Shown: one piece after another, positions 46,321 to 57,137 of the stretch
How positions within the stretch are numbered: position 1 is the stretch's first letter
Layout of the letters: the number at the start of each line of letters is the position of its first letter
NCBI GenBank assembly: GCA_044226515.1
Contig: JBGAGX010000003.1
Span: 65,561 to 129,560, forward strand
Direction of reading: 5' to 3'
DNA length: 64,000 nucleotides
Source of the DNA: Flavobacteriales bacterium
GTDB taxonomy: Bacteria > Bacteroidota > Bacteroidia > Flavobacteriales_F > PHOS-HE28
Made by a program: the position numbers and the translations under genes
Notes under the pieces: model-generated
Database searches by the model: none
What the model was told of the DNA's origin: nothing
What the model saw: the letters and a program-made list of their open reading frames with translations, nothing else

Positions 46321-47943
46321 TCAGCGCACCACGAAACGGGTGGCCCCTTCGGTGGCGCCCGAATCGTCCATCAGGATCACGCTGTACATACCCGCCGGAA
46401 GGGCCGATACATCCAGGCGCTGCTGGGCGGCGCCGGTGGGCCAGGTGCGGCTCAGCATCACGCGTCCGGTGGCATCGACCACCTGCAACCGTGCATCGGA
46501 GACGACATGCCCACGCTCAAGGACCACTTCGTCCGTGGCCGGTACCGGGAAGACCCGCACCTCCTGCACATCCACCGCGCCGATGCCCGTGGCGATGAAT
46601 TGCACCGTGTCGCTGTACAGCGCACAGCCCCCGGCATAGGTCCCCAGCACGTAGTAATCACCACTTACCAGGGGCTGGTAGGTCTGTGCGATAGCTCCCG
46701 GGATGGCCGCCCCATTGAGGTACCACTGGTATGCGTTCGCGACCGTGGACGACAGCTCGTACCCGTCGTTGCTCAAGGCCGGCGCGGGCATCGGGCACTT
46801 GTCCACGATCTTGGAAACCACCCCGGTGGCCTGGTTGCAGGCGTACAGGGTACCGTCGTACCCCTCGGCGATGCACACATAGCCCTGCACTCCGGAGGAG
46901 AGCAGGTTCTGGTCCACCCAGCCGCCTTGCCCATCGGGCGTGAGCGACCAGAATTGACCGGCGCAATAATCGGTGTAGATGTAGCGGCCGTAAAGGCGTG
47001 GGAAAGTGGTTCCCCGGTACACGCGCCCGCCGATGCTGGAGCACCACGCCCCGCCGATGGCCACGTTCTGGTGCACCGTAACAGGCGGGGTGTAGTAGGA
47101 CTGCGGCTGGCACCCGTTCGTGTTGTAGCTCACATCGCCCTCGTAGCACCGCCAGCCGAAGTTGGGGGAGCCGATGGTGCCGGCCGGCCAGAAGTCCACT
47201 TCCTCCCAGGCGTTCTGCCCCACATCGCCGATCCACACATCACCCGTCAACCGGTCGAAGCCGAACCGGAAGGGATTGCGCAGGCCGCTCGCCCAGATCT
47301 CGGGCAGCGTGTCGCCACCGGCGTTGGCCCACGGGTTGTCCGACGGAATGGAATACGTGCTGTCCGGCTCGGGATGGATCCGCAGGATGTTGCCGAGCGG
47401 GTCCGTGGGGTCCTGGGCGTTGCCGTAGGGGTCGCCACCGCTTCCACCATCGCCCAAGGAGATGTACAGGTTGCCGTCCGGACCGAAATCGAGGTCGCCG
47501 CCGTTGTGGTTCTCGAACGGCTGGGTCCAGGTGAAGAGGATCTGCTCGCTGTTCGGATCGGCCACATTGCTGTCGGCGCTCACGCTGAAACGGGACACCA
47601 CGCTGTATCCAATGCCCGTTCCACCCGTGTAGTGCACATAGAAGAAGCCGTTGTTGGCGTAGTCCGGATCGAAGGCCATGCCCAGCAGCCCTTGCTCGTT
47701 GTACGTGTCGTTCACGATGCTCTGGATGTTCAGGAAGGGGGTGGTGAGCACCGTGTTGCTGTCCGTGATGATGCGGATGACGCCCGGTTGGCGCACAACG
47801 AAGAGGCGGCTGTCGCCGCAGTGCGCGATGTCCACCGGCTTGGTGAGGCCCGTGGCCCAGGTGTTCAGCTTGAGCTCCACCGGGTTCTGGGCGTTCAGCG
47901 CCAGCACACTCGGAAGAGCGAGCAGGAGGAGGTTCCTTTTCAT
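46321..47943 (-). CDS. PQQ-dependent sugar dehydrogenase (glucose/sorbosone dehydrogenase family beta-propeller) with a T9SS C-terminal sorting domain
   Basis: Signal peptide [19 protein letters not shown]; GSDH-family blocks ([44 protein letters not shown]); C-terminal ...[23 protein letters not shown]. The track ORF runs on antisense through prfC and is trimmed. Confidence 0.75.
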   Translation of the reverse strand: MKRNLLLLALPSVLALNAQNPVELKLNTWATGLTKPVDIAHCGDSRLFVVRQPGVIRIITDSNTVLTTPFLNIQSIVNDTYNEQGLLGMAFDPDYANNGFFYVHYTGGTGIGYSVVSRFSVSADSNVADPNSEQILFTWTQPFENHNGGDLDFGPDGNLYISLGDGGSGGDPYGNAQDPTDPLGNILRIHPEPDSTYSIPSDNPWANAGGDTLPEIWASGLRNPFRFGFDRLTGDVWIGDVGQNAWEEVDFWPAGTIGSPNFGWRCYEGDVSYNTNGCQPQSYYTPPVTVHQNVAIGGAWCSSIGGRVYRGTTFPRLYGRYIYTDYCAGQFWSLTPDGQGGWVDQNLLSSGVQGYVCIAEGYDGTLYACNQATGVVSKIVDKCPMPAPALSNDGYELSSTVANAYQWYLNGAAIPGAIAQTYQPLVSGDYYVLGTYAGGCALYSDTVQFIATGIGAVDVQEVRVFPVPATDEVVLERGHVVSDARLQVVDATGRVMLSRTWPTGAAQQRLDVSALPAGMYSVILMDDSGATEGATRFVVR

Positions 47944-48051
47944 GGAGGTCCGTGCAGGTTGATGATGGCCGAATGTACCCTGCCGCCCGCACTTCGGGCC
48001 ATTGGTTCCGATGGGGCGGTGCGGCCCGTCCCCGGGCGCGGCACCCCGGCC

Positions 48052-48059
48052 TACATTTG
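48052..48059 (+). promoter_or_regulatory. Candidate -7 element TACATTTG (Bacteroidota TAnnTTTG) 34 nt upstream of prfC
   Basis: Exact match to the -7 consensus; no convincing -33 TTG at canonical spacing. Confidence 0.25.
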
Positions 48060-48093
48060 CGGCCCCGTTCGCGCCAACGGGGATCGACGAACC

Positions 48094-49692
48094 ATGGGCC
48101 TCAAGGAAGAGATCGCACGCCGCCGCACTTTCGCCATCATCAGTCACCCGGATGCCGGCAAGACCACCCTGACGGAGAAGTTCCTTCTCTACGGTGGGGC
48201 CATCCAGACCGCCGGTGCGGTGAAGAGCAACAAGATCCGCAAGGGCGCCACCAGCGACTTCATGGAGATCGAACGCCAGCGCGGCATCTCGGTGAGCACC
48301 AGCGTCATGACCTTCGAGTACGGCGGATGCCTCATCAACCTGCTCGACACCCCGGGTCACAAGGATTTCGCCGAGGACACCTACCGCACCCTCACCGCGG
48401 TGGACAGCGTGGTGCTCGTGGTGGACTGTGTGAAGGGCGTGGAGGAGCAGACCCGCCGGCTGATGGAGGTATGCCGCATGCGCAACACCCCGGTGATGGT
48501 CTTCATCAACAAGCTCGACCTCGAAGGCCGGGACCCCTTCGACCTGCTCGACGAACTTGAGAAGGAGCTTTCCATCAACGTAACGCCGCTGAGCTGGCCG
48601 ATCGGCATCGGGGCCACGTTCAAGGGGGTGTACGACCTGTACGACAAGGACCTGCGGCTCTTCGAGGAGGTGAAGACCAAGGTGGAGGGCAGTGCGGTGC
48701 ACATCGACGACCTCGCTGACCCGCGGCTGGATGCCGAGATCGGGGGCGATGCGGCAAGCCAGCTCCGCCATGATGTGGAACTGGTGGACGGCGTGTACGG
48801 CGAGCTCGAGCTGAAGCGATACCTCGCCGGTCGCACGGCGCCCGTGTTCTTCGGCAGTGCGTTCAACAATTTCGGGGTGAAGGAGGTGCTCGACACCTTC
48901 GTGCGCATCGCCCCTCCCCCGGGCCCCCGTCCCACCGACCAGGGCGAGGTGCTCCCGGACGAGCCCAAGTTCAGCGGCTTCCTTTTCAAGATCCACGCGA
49001 ACCTCGATCCCAACCACCGCGACCGCATCGCCTTCCTCCGCGTGTGCAGCGGACGCTTCGCCCGCAACACCTATTACCACCACGTGCGCCTCGACAAGGA
49101 TGTGCGCTTCTCCACGCCAACCACCTTCCTGGCGGCGCAGAAGACCATTGTGGACGAGGCCTGGCCCGGTGACGTGATCGGCCTGTTCGATACCGGGCAG
49201 TTCAAGATCGGGGACACCTTCACGGAGGGTGCCGTCTTCAACTTCCGCGGCATCCCCGAGTTCAGCCCCGAGCTTTTCCGTGAGCTCATCAACAAGGACC
49301 CCATGCGCAGCAAGCAGCTGGAGAAGGGCATCCGGCAGCTTACCGATGAGGGGGTGGCCCAGCTCTTCACCCAGCAGCCCGGCAACAAGAAGATCGTGGG
49401 GTGCGTGGGCGACCTGCAGTTCGATGTGATCCGTTACCGGTTGGAGCACGAGTATGGTGCCGCCTGCGAGTTCCAGACCATCCAGGCGCACAAAGCCTGC
49501 TGGCTCACCAGTCCGGACAAGGAGGCGTTGGACCGGTTTGTCCGGATGAAGGCGCTGCAGATCGTGCAGGACAAGGATGGAAATCCCGTGTTCATGGCGC
49601 CATCGGCGTACATGCTCGATCTGGAGCGGAAGGGCAATCCGGAGATCACCTTCCACACCACCAGCGAGTTCAAGACCCTGGCATCCGTATAG
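48094..49692 (+). CDS. prfC: Peptide chain release factor 3 (GTPase)
   Basis: [17 protein letters not shown]1 motif, DTPGH G3, NKLD G4; full-length RF3. The upstream 626 codons of the track ORF are antisense to the PQQ-dehydrogenase gene. Confidence 0.9.
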   Translation: MGLKEEIARRRTFAIISHPDAGKTTLTEKFLLYGGAIQTAGAVKSNKIRKGATSDFMEIERQRGISVSTSVMTFEYGGCLINLLDTPGHKDFAEDTYRTLTAVDSVVLVVDCVKGVEEQTRRLMEVCRMRNTPVMVFINKLDLEGRDPFDLLDELEKELSINVTPLSWPIGIGATFKGVYDLYDKDLRLFEEVKTKVEGSAVHIDDLADPRLDAEIGGDAASQLRHDVELVDGVYGELELKRYLAGRTAPVFFGSAFNNFGVKEVLDTFVRIAPPPGPRPTDQGEVLPDEPKFSGFLFKIHANLDPNHRDRIAFLRVCSGRFARNTYYHHVRLDKDVRFSTPTTFLAAQKTIVDEAWPGDVIGLFDTGQFKIGDTFTEGAVFNFRGIPEFSPELFRELINKDPMRSKQLEKGIRQLTDEGVAQLFTQQPGNKKIVGCVGDLQFDVIRYRLEHEYGAACEFQTIQAHKACWLTSPDKEALDRFVRMKALQIVQDKDGNPVFMAPSAYMLDLERKGNPEITFHTTSEFKTLASV

Positions 49693-49704
49693 CCGGCACC
49701 AAAG

Positions 49705-49733
49705 GAAAAAGCCGCCCGAAGGCGGCCTTTTCG
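49705..49733. terminator. Bidirectional intrinsic terminator between prfC (+) and the convergent LTXXQ gene (-)
   Basis: AAAAA-GCCGCC-cgaa-GGCGGC-CTTTTCG. Confidence 0.65.
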
Positions 49734-49746
49734 AAGGTGTTGATGG

Positions 49747-50106
49747 TCACTTGCTGTCCTCCCGCCAACGCGAGAGCTGATCCGCCGTGAGGATCTTGGC
49801 CAGTTCGCGGTCGACGTATTCATCCATGATCTGGTACTGGCCGCGCATGTCCGCCTCGACATCCTCCTTGGGTTGCCCTTGCATGCGGTACTCCAGTGCC
49901 TTGATCTGGCGCTCCACCTGCATGTACACCTCCTGAACACGCGGTTTCTGTTCGGCGGTGAGCTTGGCGGAACGGTCCACCATCTGGGTGTGCTTGGTGG
50001 CGTTCGCCGTCATCTCCGGCGTATCCACGCTCTGGAAGTCGGGTCGTTGGGCGGACACCGTGAAGGCGGCCGCGGCCAGCAGGACGGTAAGGAAATTGCG
50101 TACCAT
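49747..50106 (-). CDS. Periplasmic LTXXQ-motif protein (Spy/CpxP-like family)
   Basis: Signal peptide MVRNFLTVLLAAAAFTVSAQ; two LTxxQ motifs (KLTAEQ, ILTADQ) in a helical ~100-aa mature protein. Confidence 0.5.
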   Translation of the reverse strand: MVRNFLTVLLAAAAFTVSAQRPDFQSVDTPEMTANATKHTQMVDRSAKLTAEQKPRVQEVYMQVERQIKALEYRMQGQPKEDVEADMRGQYQIMDEYVDRELAKILTADQLSRWREDSK

Positions 50107-50251
50107 GTGCCTGTTCGGTTGGTCGTTCAAAGGTAAGTGATGGGATGACGGTGGCGCCAGTGATTAGTTGCCTGTACCCACGGCGACCTGTTGATGGGAA
50201 GGCGTCAAAAGATCGTTAACGGCCGTCACCCCCCTGCAGCCCCGTCTATTT

Positions 50252-51760
50252 TTGGCTTCCATGTTGAACCGTTCAACCCTGCTCGGCGCAGCCCTGCTGG
50301 CCCTGCCCACCTTCGCCCAGGACACCCAACGCCGCCTTGAGTTCACCATCGGAGGCGCGGGAAAGGACACCGTTTACCTGGCCAACTACTACGGCAAGAA
50401 GCTCTTCTACAACGACACCGCCGTGGCCGACGCGAAGGGCAAGGTGGTGTTCCAGCGGAAGAAGGGCTACAAGGCCGGCGTGTACGCCGTGGTGGTGCCC
50501 GGACCACGCTATTTCGAGATCCTGGTGAACGAACCGGAGGTGGTGATGGAGACGGACACGCTCGACCTTCTCGGCCATCTGAAGGTGAAGAAGAGCCCCG
50601 AGAACCAGATCTTCCTGGATTACGTCAACTTCCTGAACGGGAAGAAGAAGGAGGGCGATGCCGTGCGCCAGCGCATGGAGGCCACCCGGGACCCCATCAT
50701 GAAGGGACGGGAGAAGGCGCGGCTCGAGGAGCTGGACAAGGAGGTGAAGGCCTACATGCTCGCCGCCGTGGAAAAGGACCCCAAGACCTATGCGGCCAGC
50801 ATCATCCGCATGAGCATGGATCCCGAGCGCGTGGAGATCAGGCGCGCCGATGGCACGGTTGACAGCCTGGCCACCTACTACCACTACCGCGCCCACTATT
50901 GGGACAATACGGACCTCAGCGACGAACGGATCCTGCGCACCCCGGTCTTCGAGAACAAGTTCGAGGAGTACATCGGCAAGGTGGTGCCCCAGATCCCAGA
51001 CACCATCAACAAGTTCGCCGACGACCTCATCAAGCGGATGGACCACGGCGAGGAGCTCTTCAAGTACGCCGTGCACGCCATCACCTACAAGTACGAGACC
51101 AGCGAGATCATGGGTATGGACGCCGTGTTCGTGCACATGGCCCAGACCTATTACTGCGTGAACCCCACCCGGGCCACCTGGATGCCCAAGGAGAAACTGG
51201 AGAAGCTCTGCGAGCGGGCGCGCAAGCAGGCCCCGTTGATCATCGGTGCCAAAGCCAAGAACATCATCCTTCCGGACAGCACCGAGCAACGCTGGGTGGA
51301 CATGTACAAGGTTCCCAGCGAATACGTCTTCATCGTGTTCTGGGATCCCCACTGCGGCCACTGCAAGAAGGCCCTGCCCGACCTCTACACGCAATACAAA
51401 GAACTGCTGAAGCCCGCCGGCATCGAGGTGTACGCCGTTGCCAAGGCCACCGACAGCACGCTCTTCGCCGATTGGAAGGCCTACATCCGCGAGCACGACA
51501 TGCGCTGGATCAACGTGGGCCTCACCTGGCATGTGTACGAGGAAGCGCGCCGGAACAGCGCCAAGTTCATCCCCTCGCTCACCACCATCGAGAGCCTGAA
51601 CTACAGCGACGCATGGGACATCTTCGCCACACCGCGCTATTTCCTGGTGGATGCGGACCGCAAGATCGTGGGCAAGCAGATCGAGCCCGATCAGGTGGTG
51701 AAACTGGTGGAGCAGCTGAGGCGGATGAAGGCGAAGAAGGAGAGCGACCCGAAGCCCTGA
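50252..51760 (+). CDS. Thioredoxin-fold TlpA/ResA-like thiol-disulfide oxidoreductase with a long N-terminal extension (DUF5106-like)
   Basis: Signal peptide; CxxC motif WDPHCGHCKK in a C-terminal thioredoxin-like domain. Confidence 0.65.
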   Translation: MASMLNRSTLLGAALLALPTFAQDTQRRLEFTIGGAGKDTVYLANYYGKKLFYNDTAVADAKGKVVFQRKKGYKAGVYAVVVPGPRYFEILVNEPEVVMETDTLDLLGHLKVKKSPENQIFLDYVNFLNGKKKEGDAVRQRMEATRDPIMKGREKARLEELDKEVKAYMLAAVEKDPKTYAASIIRMSMDPERVEIRRADGTVDSLATYYHYRAHYWDNTDLSDERILRTPVFENKFEEYIGKVVPQIPDTINKFADDLIKRMDHGEELFKYAVHAITYKYETSEIMGMDAVFVHMAQTYYCVNPTRATWMPKEKLEKLCERARKQAPLIIGAKAKNIILPDSTEQRWVDMYKVPSEYVFIVFWDPHCGHCKKALPDLYTQYKELLKPAGIEVYAVAKATDSTLFADWKAYIREHDMRWINVGLTWHVYEEARRNSAKFIPSLTTIESLNYSDAWDIFATPRYFLVDADRKIVGKQIEPDQVVKLVEQLRRMKAKKESDPKP

Positions 51761-51782
51761 CCACCTCTCTCCGGATGCAAGG

Positions 51783-51813
51783 AAAAGGCCCCGCCATGGC
51801 GGGGCCTTTTCCT
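51783..51813. terminator. Bidirectional intrinsic terminator (GGCCCCGCC-atg-GGCGGGGCC flanked by AAAA / TTTTC)
   Basis: Sits between the convergent stops at 51760 (+) and 51840 (-). Confidence 0.65.
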
Positions 51814-51839
51814 TGCCGAGCGCGGGCTGTGGCCCTCGG

Positions 51840-54800
51840 TCACTGTTGCGTATCCCGGGTCCACACCTGCTCGGTGATGGACTGGCCATTGCGGAAGTAG
51901 AAGGTGCCCCACTTGGCGATCACCTTGCTGTACTCATCGGCCTTGTTGCCGTTCACCACCACACGGCGGATGATGACCTTGTTGCCTTCGGTGTAGCTCT
52001 CCTCGGTAACCCCCTGGGGGTACTCGGTGGCGAGCTTGCTGCGGTTGTAGTCGGCATAGCTCTTGGGCTGGTTGAGCGGGCTACGGTCCAGTTGTTCCTT
52101 CTGTGCCAGGCGCTGGTCCTGGCTACGGTTCACGAGCTGTGCCTCGCGATCGGCCAGGCGTTGCTTCTCGTTCGCCACATGCTCGCTCTGCTCCTGCTGC
52201 AGCTGGTCGCCGCGTTCCTTCATACGGGCCTGCTCAGCGGCAAGGGCGTCGGCATTCGCCTTGGCCTGCGCGGTGCGGTCCTGTCCGGCGCCGGCCACGT
52301 CGGCCATGCGGTCGCGGTAGGCGGCGACCTCCTGCTGGGCGCCCTCCACGCTCCGCGCATGCCGTTCGTTCCACGTGGTGTTGCGGTCGGCGATGGCCAC
52401 CTCGGTACCGACCTTCCCCTCATAGGCCTGGCCACGCGCGGCATCGGCCCGCTCCCGGCGGAGGCGCTCCTGCTCGGCCTGCTGCTCCTTCTGTGCCTCC
52501 ACCTCATCCAGGTAGCTCTGGCGCATGCCATCGCGACCCTGGTACAATCCGGCACCTTCCTCGTAGGCATGCTTCTGGGTCATGCCCCCTTCGCGCCGCT
52601 GACCGGCGGCTGTGGTGTTGTTCACCTCGGTCTCGTTCACGTCGGACTTCAACTTCTTGATGCGCTCGTACTTCTCGGCCTCCTCGCGCGCGCGCGCCTC
52701 GCGCATGAACTCAATGGCCTCCTGCTCCTTGCTGGCGTCCACCGTGCTGCCCTTGCGCTTCGGAGGCGGTGGAGGCTCATCCTGCTTGGCGGTGGCCTGC
52801 TCCGCCTCGCGCCGCTTGCGCTCGATCTCGGCCAGCAGCTTGTCGATCTGCTCGATCTTGGCCTGCGGGTAGGTCTCCTTCGGCTTGATGTCGAGCGCCT
52901 GGGTGTAAAGCGAGCGCGCCTCGGTGTACTGCGTGGTGCCGAAGGCGGCATCGGCCTCGGCGATGACACGCTCGTACTCGGCCTCGCGGGCCTTGTCCGC
53001 ATCGAGGCGGCGACGCTCCTCCTCGGCGGCCAGGCGCGCGGCCTCGGCATCGGCGGCCTCCTTGCGGCGGCGCTCCTCCTCCAGCCGGCGCTGTTCCTCC
53101 GCCTGGCGGGCCGCATCATCCATGGCCTTGGCCCGCTCCGCAAGCTCGGTCTCGATCCGCGCCAGCTGGTCCTTCGGATACTTCTCCTCAGGCTTGATGG
53201 CGAGCGCAGCGGTGTACCGTTCACGGGCCACATCGTAGTTCTTCTGCCCGAAGGCGAGGTCGGCCGCAGCGACCGCATCGCGGTAGCTCTGCTCCACGGC
53301 GTCCACCTCGGCCTGCTTGCGGCGGCGTTCCTCCTCCAACCGGGCGCGCTCTGCGGCATCCTGCTCCGCCTTCAGGCGGGCCGCCTCATCCGCGGCGGCC
53401 TGGTCCGCCAGGATCCGATCGATCTCCACGAGCCGGTCCGTCGGGTGTTTCTCTCCCGCCTTGATCGTGAGCGCATCCTGGTAACTGAGCTTCGCGTTGG
53501 CGTACTGCTTCGCATTGAACGCGGCATCGGCCTTGGCCACCGCGTCCGCATAGCGCTTCTCCAGGTCGGCCTTCTCCCGTTCCAGACGCTCCTTCTCCGC
53601 CTTCTCCCGCGCGGCCGCATCCAGGCGTTGCTCAATGGACCCGATACGGTCCTTGGGATGCTGCTCGTTGGGCTTCAGCTGCAGCGCGTCCTTGTAGTCC
53701 TTCAAGGCCTCGGCCAGCTTCTCGCCGTCGAAGCTCTTGTCGGCGCGGGCGATGAGCTCATTGTACTTGGCATCAAGCTCCTGGCGCTTCTTCTCTTCCG
53801 CGGCCAGGCGTGCGAGCTCGGCCATCCGTGCGTCGCATTCGGCCATCTTATCCTTCGGGAAACGCTCCTCCGGGCTCACTGAGGAAGCCTCCTGGTACTT
53901 GGCCTTGGCGGCCTCGTAGTTCTCGTTCTTGAAGAGCTCGTTGGCGTTGTCCACGAGCTTCTGGTAGCGGGCCTCTTTCTCCTGTCGCGCCTTTTCCTCC
54001 TCGGCTTTCCGCTTCTCTTCAGCGATGGCGGCATCGATGGCCGTCAGTTGGTCCTTCGGGTACTTCTCCGCGGCCTTCAGCTTCAGGGCCTCGTTATAGC
54101 CGGCCTTGGCCTCGTCCCACCCCTTGCTCCTGAACGCCGCGTCGGCCTTCGCAAGCGCGGCGGTATAAGCCTCGTCCAGTTCCTTCTGTTCACGGTCGGC
54201 CTCGGCCTTCGCGGCCTCATCGGCGATCGCCTTGTCAATGGCCGCGAGCTGGTCCTTCGGATACTTCTCGGCCGCCTTCAGACCGAGCGCTTCGTTGTAC
54301 CCGGCCTTCGCATCGTCCCACTTCTTCGCCTTGAACGCGCCATCGGCCTTGGCCAGGGCCGCGGCATAGGCCTCGTCGAGCTCCTTCTTCCTGCGCTCCT
54401 CATCCGCCTTCTTCGCCAGGTCGGCCAGGGTCTTGTCGATGGCGACCAGCTGGTCCGTCGGATACTTCTCACCCGCCTTGATGGTGAGGGCCTGGCCGTA
54501 CTTGGCCTTGGCCTGCTCCCAGTTCTGCGCCTTGAAGGCCGCATCGGCCGCCGCGATGGCCGCGGTGTAATTGGCCTCCTTCTCCTTGGCGAGCTTCTCC
54601 TCCTCGGCCTTCTTGGCCTCGGCCGCCACGGCGATGTCGATGGCCGCGAGCTGGTCCTTGGGATACTTCTCCGCGGCCTTGAGGCCGAGCGCCTCGTTGT
54701 AGCCGGCCTTGGCCGCGTCCCACTTCTTCTCCTTGAACGCCGCGTCGCCCTTGGCGATGGCGGCCTTGTACTTCTCCTCCAGCTCCTTGGCCTTGCGCTC

Positions 54801-55688
54801 CTCCTCGGCCTTCTTGGCCAGCTCATCCAGGAAGGCCTGGCATTCCTTGATCTTGCCCTTGGGATAGGCCTCCTGGTCCTTGATGTCGCTGGCCGCCGCG
54901 TACTTGGCCTTGGCCCCCTCGTAGTCCTTCTTGCCGAAGAGCCCGTCGGCCTCCTTGATGAGGGCGGCGTATTGTGCGTCGCGCTGCTTGTTGCCCTCGG
55001 CCTCCTCCAACTTCATCTTGGCATCGCTCAGGCGGGCGGTGGCCTTGGGGTCGCTGGGCTTCAACGCCAGTGCACCGTTGAAGGACTCAACGGCCTTCTT
55101 GTAGTCGGCGGCGGTCATGGCCTGTTCGCCTGCGGCCATGGCCTTGGCATAGTCGGCATCCGCGTTGGCCTCGCGCTTCTTCTTCTCGTCGTATTCCTTC
55201 ATCAGGCGGGCGATCTCGCTGCGGATCTGCTCGGTGTACTGCAGGTCCCACGTGACCTCGTTGGTGGCGGGGTCGAACTTGGCCTTGCCGATCGGCTGCT
55301 GCAGCACGCTGAAGTCCATGCCGGGCAGCTCGTTGAACAGGGTCATCTCCACGTTCATGCCGTGGCCGCCCACACGCTCCTCCTCGGGAATGTTGCGGGT
55401 GTCGATGGTGATGTTCTTCGCCACCATGCCGCCCTTGCCGTACACGATCTTGTAATCGCTGCCGTAATCGAGGTTGAACTCGTACTTGCCGCTGGCATTG
55501 GTGGTGGTCTCGGCCAGCTTTGCGCCGTTCTTGTAGACGCTCACCACCACGCCATCGAGCTTCTTGGCACTGATGTAGTCCTTCACCGTGCCGTACACGT
55601 ACACGTTGTCCACACCTCCGCCCTGCCCGAAAAGCAGGGTGGACATGGCGACGGCCAGCACCGTCCAGAGCAGGCGGCTTCGTAGCAT
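51840..55688 (-). CDS. Giant secreted repeat protein (1282 aa): carboxypeptidase-regulatory-like N-domain, about 10 x 67-69-aa TPR-like/coiled-coil repeats, long charged coiled coil, conserved C-terminal FYFxNGQ domain
   Basis: Signal peptide MLRSRLLWTVLAVAMSTLLFGQ; the repeat unit contains ...AKAGYNEALGLKAAEKYPKDQLAAID...; the C-terminus is homologous to 33789..34982. Confidence 0.7.
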   Translation of the reverse strand: MLRSRLLWTVLAVAMSTLLFGQGGGVDNVYVYGTVKDYISAKKLDGVVVSVYKNGAKLAETTTNASGKYEFNLDYGSDYKIVYGKGGMVAKNITIDTRNIPEEERVGGHGMNVEMTLFNELPGMDFSVLQQPIGKAKFDPATNEVTWDLQYTEQIRSEIARLMKEYDEKKKREANADADYAKAMAAGEQAMTAADYKKAVESFNGALALKPSDPKATARLSDAKMKLEEAEGNKQRDAQYAALIKEADGLFGKKDYEGAKAKYAAASDIKDQEAYPKGKIKECQAFLDELAKKAEEERKAKELEEKYKAAIAKGDAAFKEKKWDAAKAGYNEALGLKAAEKYPKDQLAAIDIAVAAEAKKAEEEKLAKEKEANYTAAIAAADAAFKAQNWEQAKAKYGQALTIKAGEKYPTDQLVAIDKTLADLAKKADEERRKKELDEAYAAALAKADGAFKAKKWDDAKAGYNEALGLKAAEKYPKDQLAAIDKAIADEAAKAEADREQKELDEAYTAALAKADAAFRSKGWDEAKAGYNEALKLKAAEKYPKDQLTAIDAAIAEEKRKAEEEKARQEKEARYQKLVDNANELFKNENYEAAKAKYQEASSVSPEERFPKDKMAECDARMAELARLAAEEKKRQELDAKYNELIARADKSFDGEKLAEALKDYKDALQLKPNEQHPKDRIGSIEQRLDAAAREKAEKERLEREKADLEKRYADAVAKADAAFNAKQYANAKLSYQDALTIKAGEKHPTDRLVEIDRILADQAAADEAARLKAEQDAAERARLEEERRRKQAEVDAVEQSYRDAVAAADLAFGQKNYDVARERYTAALAIKPEEKYPKDQLARIETELAERAKAMDDAARQAEEQRRLEEERRRKEAADAEAARLAAEEERRRLDADKAREAEYERVIAEADAAFGTTQYTEARSLYTQALDIKPKETYPQAKIEQIDKLLAEIERKRREAEQATAKQDEPPPPPKRKGSTVDASKEQEAIEFMREARAREEAEKYERIKKLKSDVNETEVNNTTAAGQRREGGMTQKHAYEEGAGLYQGRDGMRQSYLDEVEAQKEQQAEQERLRRERADAARGQAYEGKVGTEVAIADRNTTWNERHARSVEGAQQEVAAYRDRMADVAGAGQDRTAQAKANADALAAEQARMKERGDQLQQEQSEHVANEKQRLADREAQLVNRSQDQRLAQKEQLDRSPLNQPKSYADYNRSKLATEYPQGVTEESYTEGNKVIIRRVVVNGNKADEYSKVIAKWGTFYFRNGQSITEQVWTRDTQQ
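52860..54900 (-). repeat. About 10 diverged tandem copies of a ~200-207-nt in-frame repeat inside the giant coiled-coil gene
   Basis: CTGGTCCTTCGG(G/A)TACTTCTC recurs on the plus strand at 53165, about 53432, 53646, 53851, 54049, 54249, 54450, 54650 and 54855. Confidence 0.6.
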
Positions 55689-55796
55689 CTTCCCTCGTTG
55701 CAGGTCCCCTCGCGGAACACCTGATGCACAAGCGGTTCCGGACGGCCAATTTAAGCCAATTTTGGTGCCCTTGGCCAGTGGGCCGCACCGCACGGC

Positions 55797-56918
55797 ATGA
55801 TCAGCATCTGGGAACAGCGCTCCTTCAGCGCCAGGCCTCACCTGGTCGTGGTAGGATCGGGCATCGTGGGGCTCTTCACCGCCCTCCACCACAAGCGCGC
55901 CCACCCGCACCACCGCGTGCTCGTGCTGGAACGTGGCCCGCACCCCAGCGGAGCCAGCGTGCGCAATGCAGGCTTCGCGTGTTTCGGCAGCCCCAGCGAA
56001 CTGCTCGCCGACATCGCCGCCGAGGGCGAGCAACGCGCGCTTCACCGGGTGGAGGAGCGCTGGAGGGGCCTGCGTGAGCTGCGCGCCGAGCTGGGCGACG
56101 CGGCCATCGGGTTCGAGGCTTCGGGTGGACATGAGCTGTTCGCGCACGACCCGCTGTACACGCGCGTGGCCGAAGGGTTCGATGCGTTGAACCGTTCGCT
56201 CCACGGCATCTTCGGACGCCGCGTGTATGAATGGGCCGATGGACGGAAAGGTGACCACGGTCTTCGCACCGACCACCTTGCCTTCACCGAGCTGGAGGGC
56301 CCGGTGGACAGCGGGAAGCTGATGCACGCCCTGCTGCGGAAGGCGCAGGAGAACGGTGTGGAGCTGCAATTCAATACGACGGTGACCGCCGTTGACGAGG
56401 AGGCCGACGGCGTGCGGCTGTCGCTGGTGGTGGGCGGTCCCATCCTGGCCGAACGCGTGGCCGTGTGCACCAACGGCTACACCCGGGCGCTCTTCCCGCA
56501 CCTGGACGTGCTGCCGGCCCGGGGCCAGGTGCTCCTCACCGCCCCCATCCCCGGCCTGAAGCTTAGGGGCACCTTCCACGCCAACGAGGGCTACGTGTAT
56601 TTCCGCGACCTCGAGGGCGCGGTGCTGCTGGGCGGCGGTCGCGACCTCGACAAGGAGAGCGAGACCACCACGGAGCACGGGGTGACGCCCTTGATCCAGG
56701 ACCACCTGGAGCACCTGCTCCGCACCGTGATCGTTCCCGGTGTGCCGTACACCATCGTGCGGCGCTGGAGCGGCGTGATGGCCTTCGGCAGCGCGGGCAA
56801 GGAGCCCTTGGTGGAGCACATCTCGCCCCGCGTGGTGGTGGCGGTGCGCCTGAGCGGCATGGGCGTGGCCATCGGCATCCGCGTGGCACGCAGGGCGGCG
56901 GATCTCATCAGCCTTTGA
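55797..56918 (+). CDS. FAD-dependent oxidoreductase (DAO family, glycine/D-amino-acid-oxidase-like)
   Basis: VVVGSGIVGLFTA dinucleotide fold; DAO-family similarity along the full length. Confidence 0.8.
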   Translation: MISIWEQRSFSARPHLVVVGSGIVGLFTALHHKRAHPHHRVLVLERGPHPSGASVRNAGFACFGSPSELLADIAAEGEQRALHRVEERWRGLRELRAELGDAAIGFEASGGHELFAHDPLYTRVAEGFDALNRSLHGIFGRRVYEWADGRKGDHGLRTDHLAFTELEGPVDSGKLMHALLRKAQENGVELQFNTTVTAVDEEADGVRLSLVVGGPILAERVAVCTNGYTRALFPHLDVLPARGQVLLTAPIPGLKLRGTFHANEGYVYFRDLEGAVLLGGGRDLDKESETTTEHGVTPLIQDHLEHLLRTVIVPGVPYTIVRRWSGVMAFGSAGKEPLVEHISPRVVVAVRLSGMGVAIGIRVARRAADLISL

Positions 56919-56955
56919 ACGAAAAAGGGACCGCCTGCGCGATCCCTTTCCTGGG

Positions 56956-57027
56956 AGCCTCCTGTCAGATTTGAACTGACGACCTGCTCATTACGAATGA
57001 GCTGCTCTACCGCTGAGCTAAGGAGGC
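56956..57027 (-). tRNA. tRNA-Thr (anticodon CGT)
   Basis: Reverse complement folds as acceptor GCCTCCT/AGGAGGC, D-arm GCTC-AGCGGTA-GAGC, anticodon arm GCTCA-TTCGTAA-TGAGC, T-arm GTCAG-TTCAAAT-CTGAC; 72 nt. Confidence 0.8.
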
Positions 57028-57137
57028 CTTGCCCTCCCAGCCGACCGGGGTGTGCCCAGGGCGACAGCGAGGGGCGGCAAATGTAGGCAGCGCGGTCCAA
57101 TGCGCGTCAAGTGCCGCGCACCGATCACGCACGCGAC

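Noticed and set aside
46216-48093. 5' 626 codons of the 1158-aa plus ORF that ends as prfC, and reciprocally the 5' part of minus ORF 46321..49656 over prfC
   Set aside because: Each is antisense to a gene with strong homology (PQQ dehydrogenase, RF3). Real starts were taken at the signal-peptide ATG (47943) and the RF3 ATG (48094)
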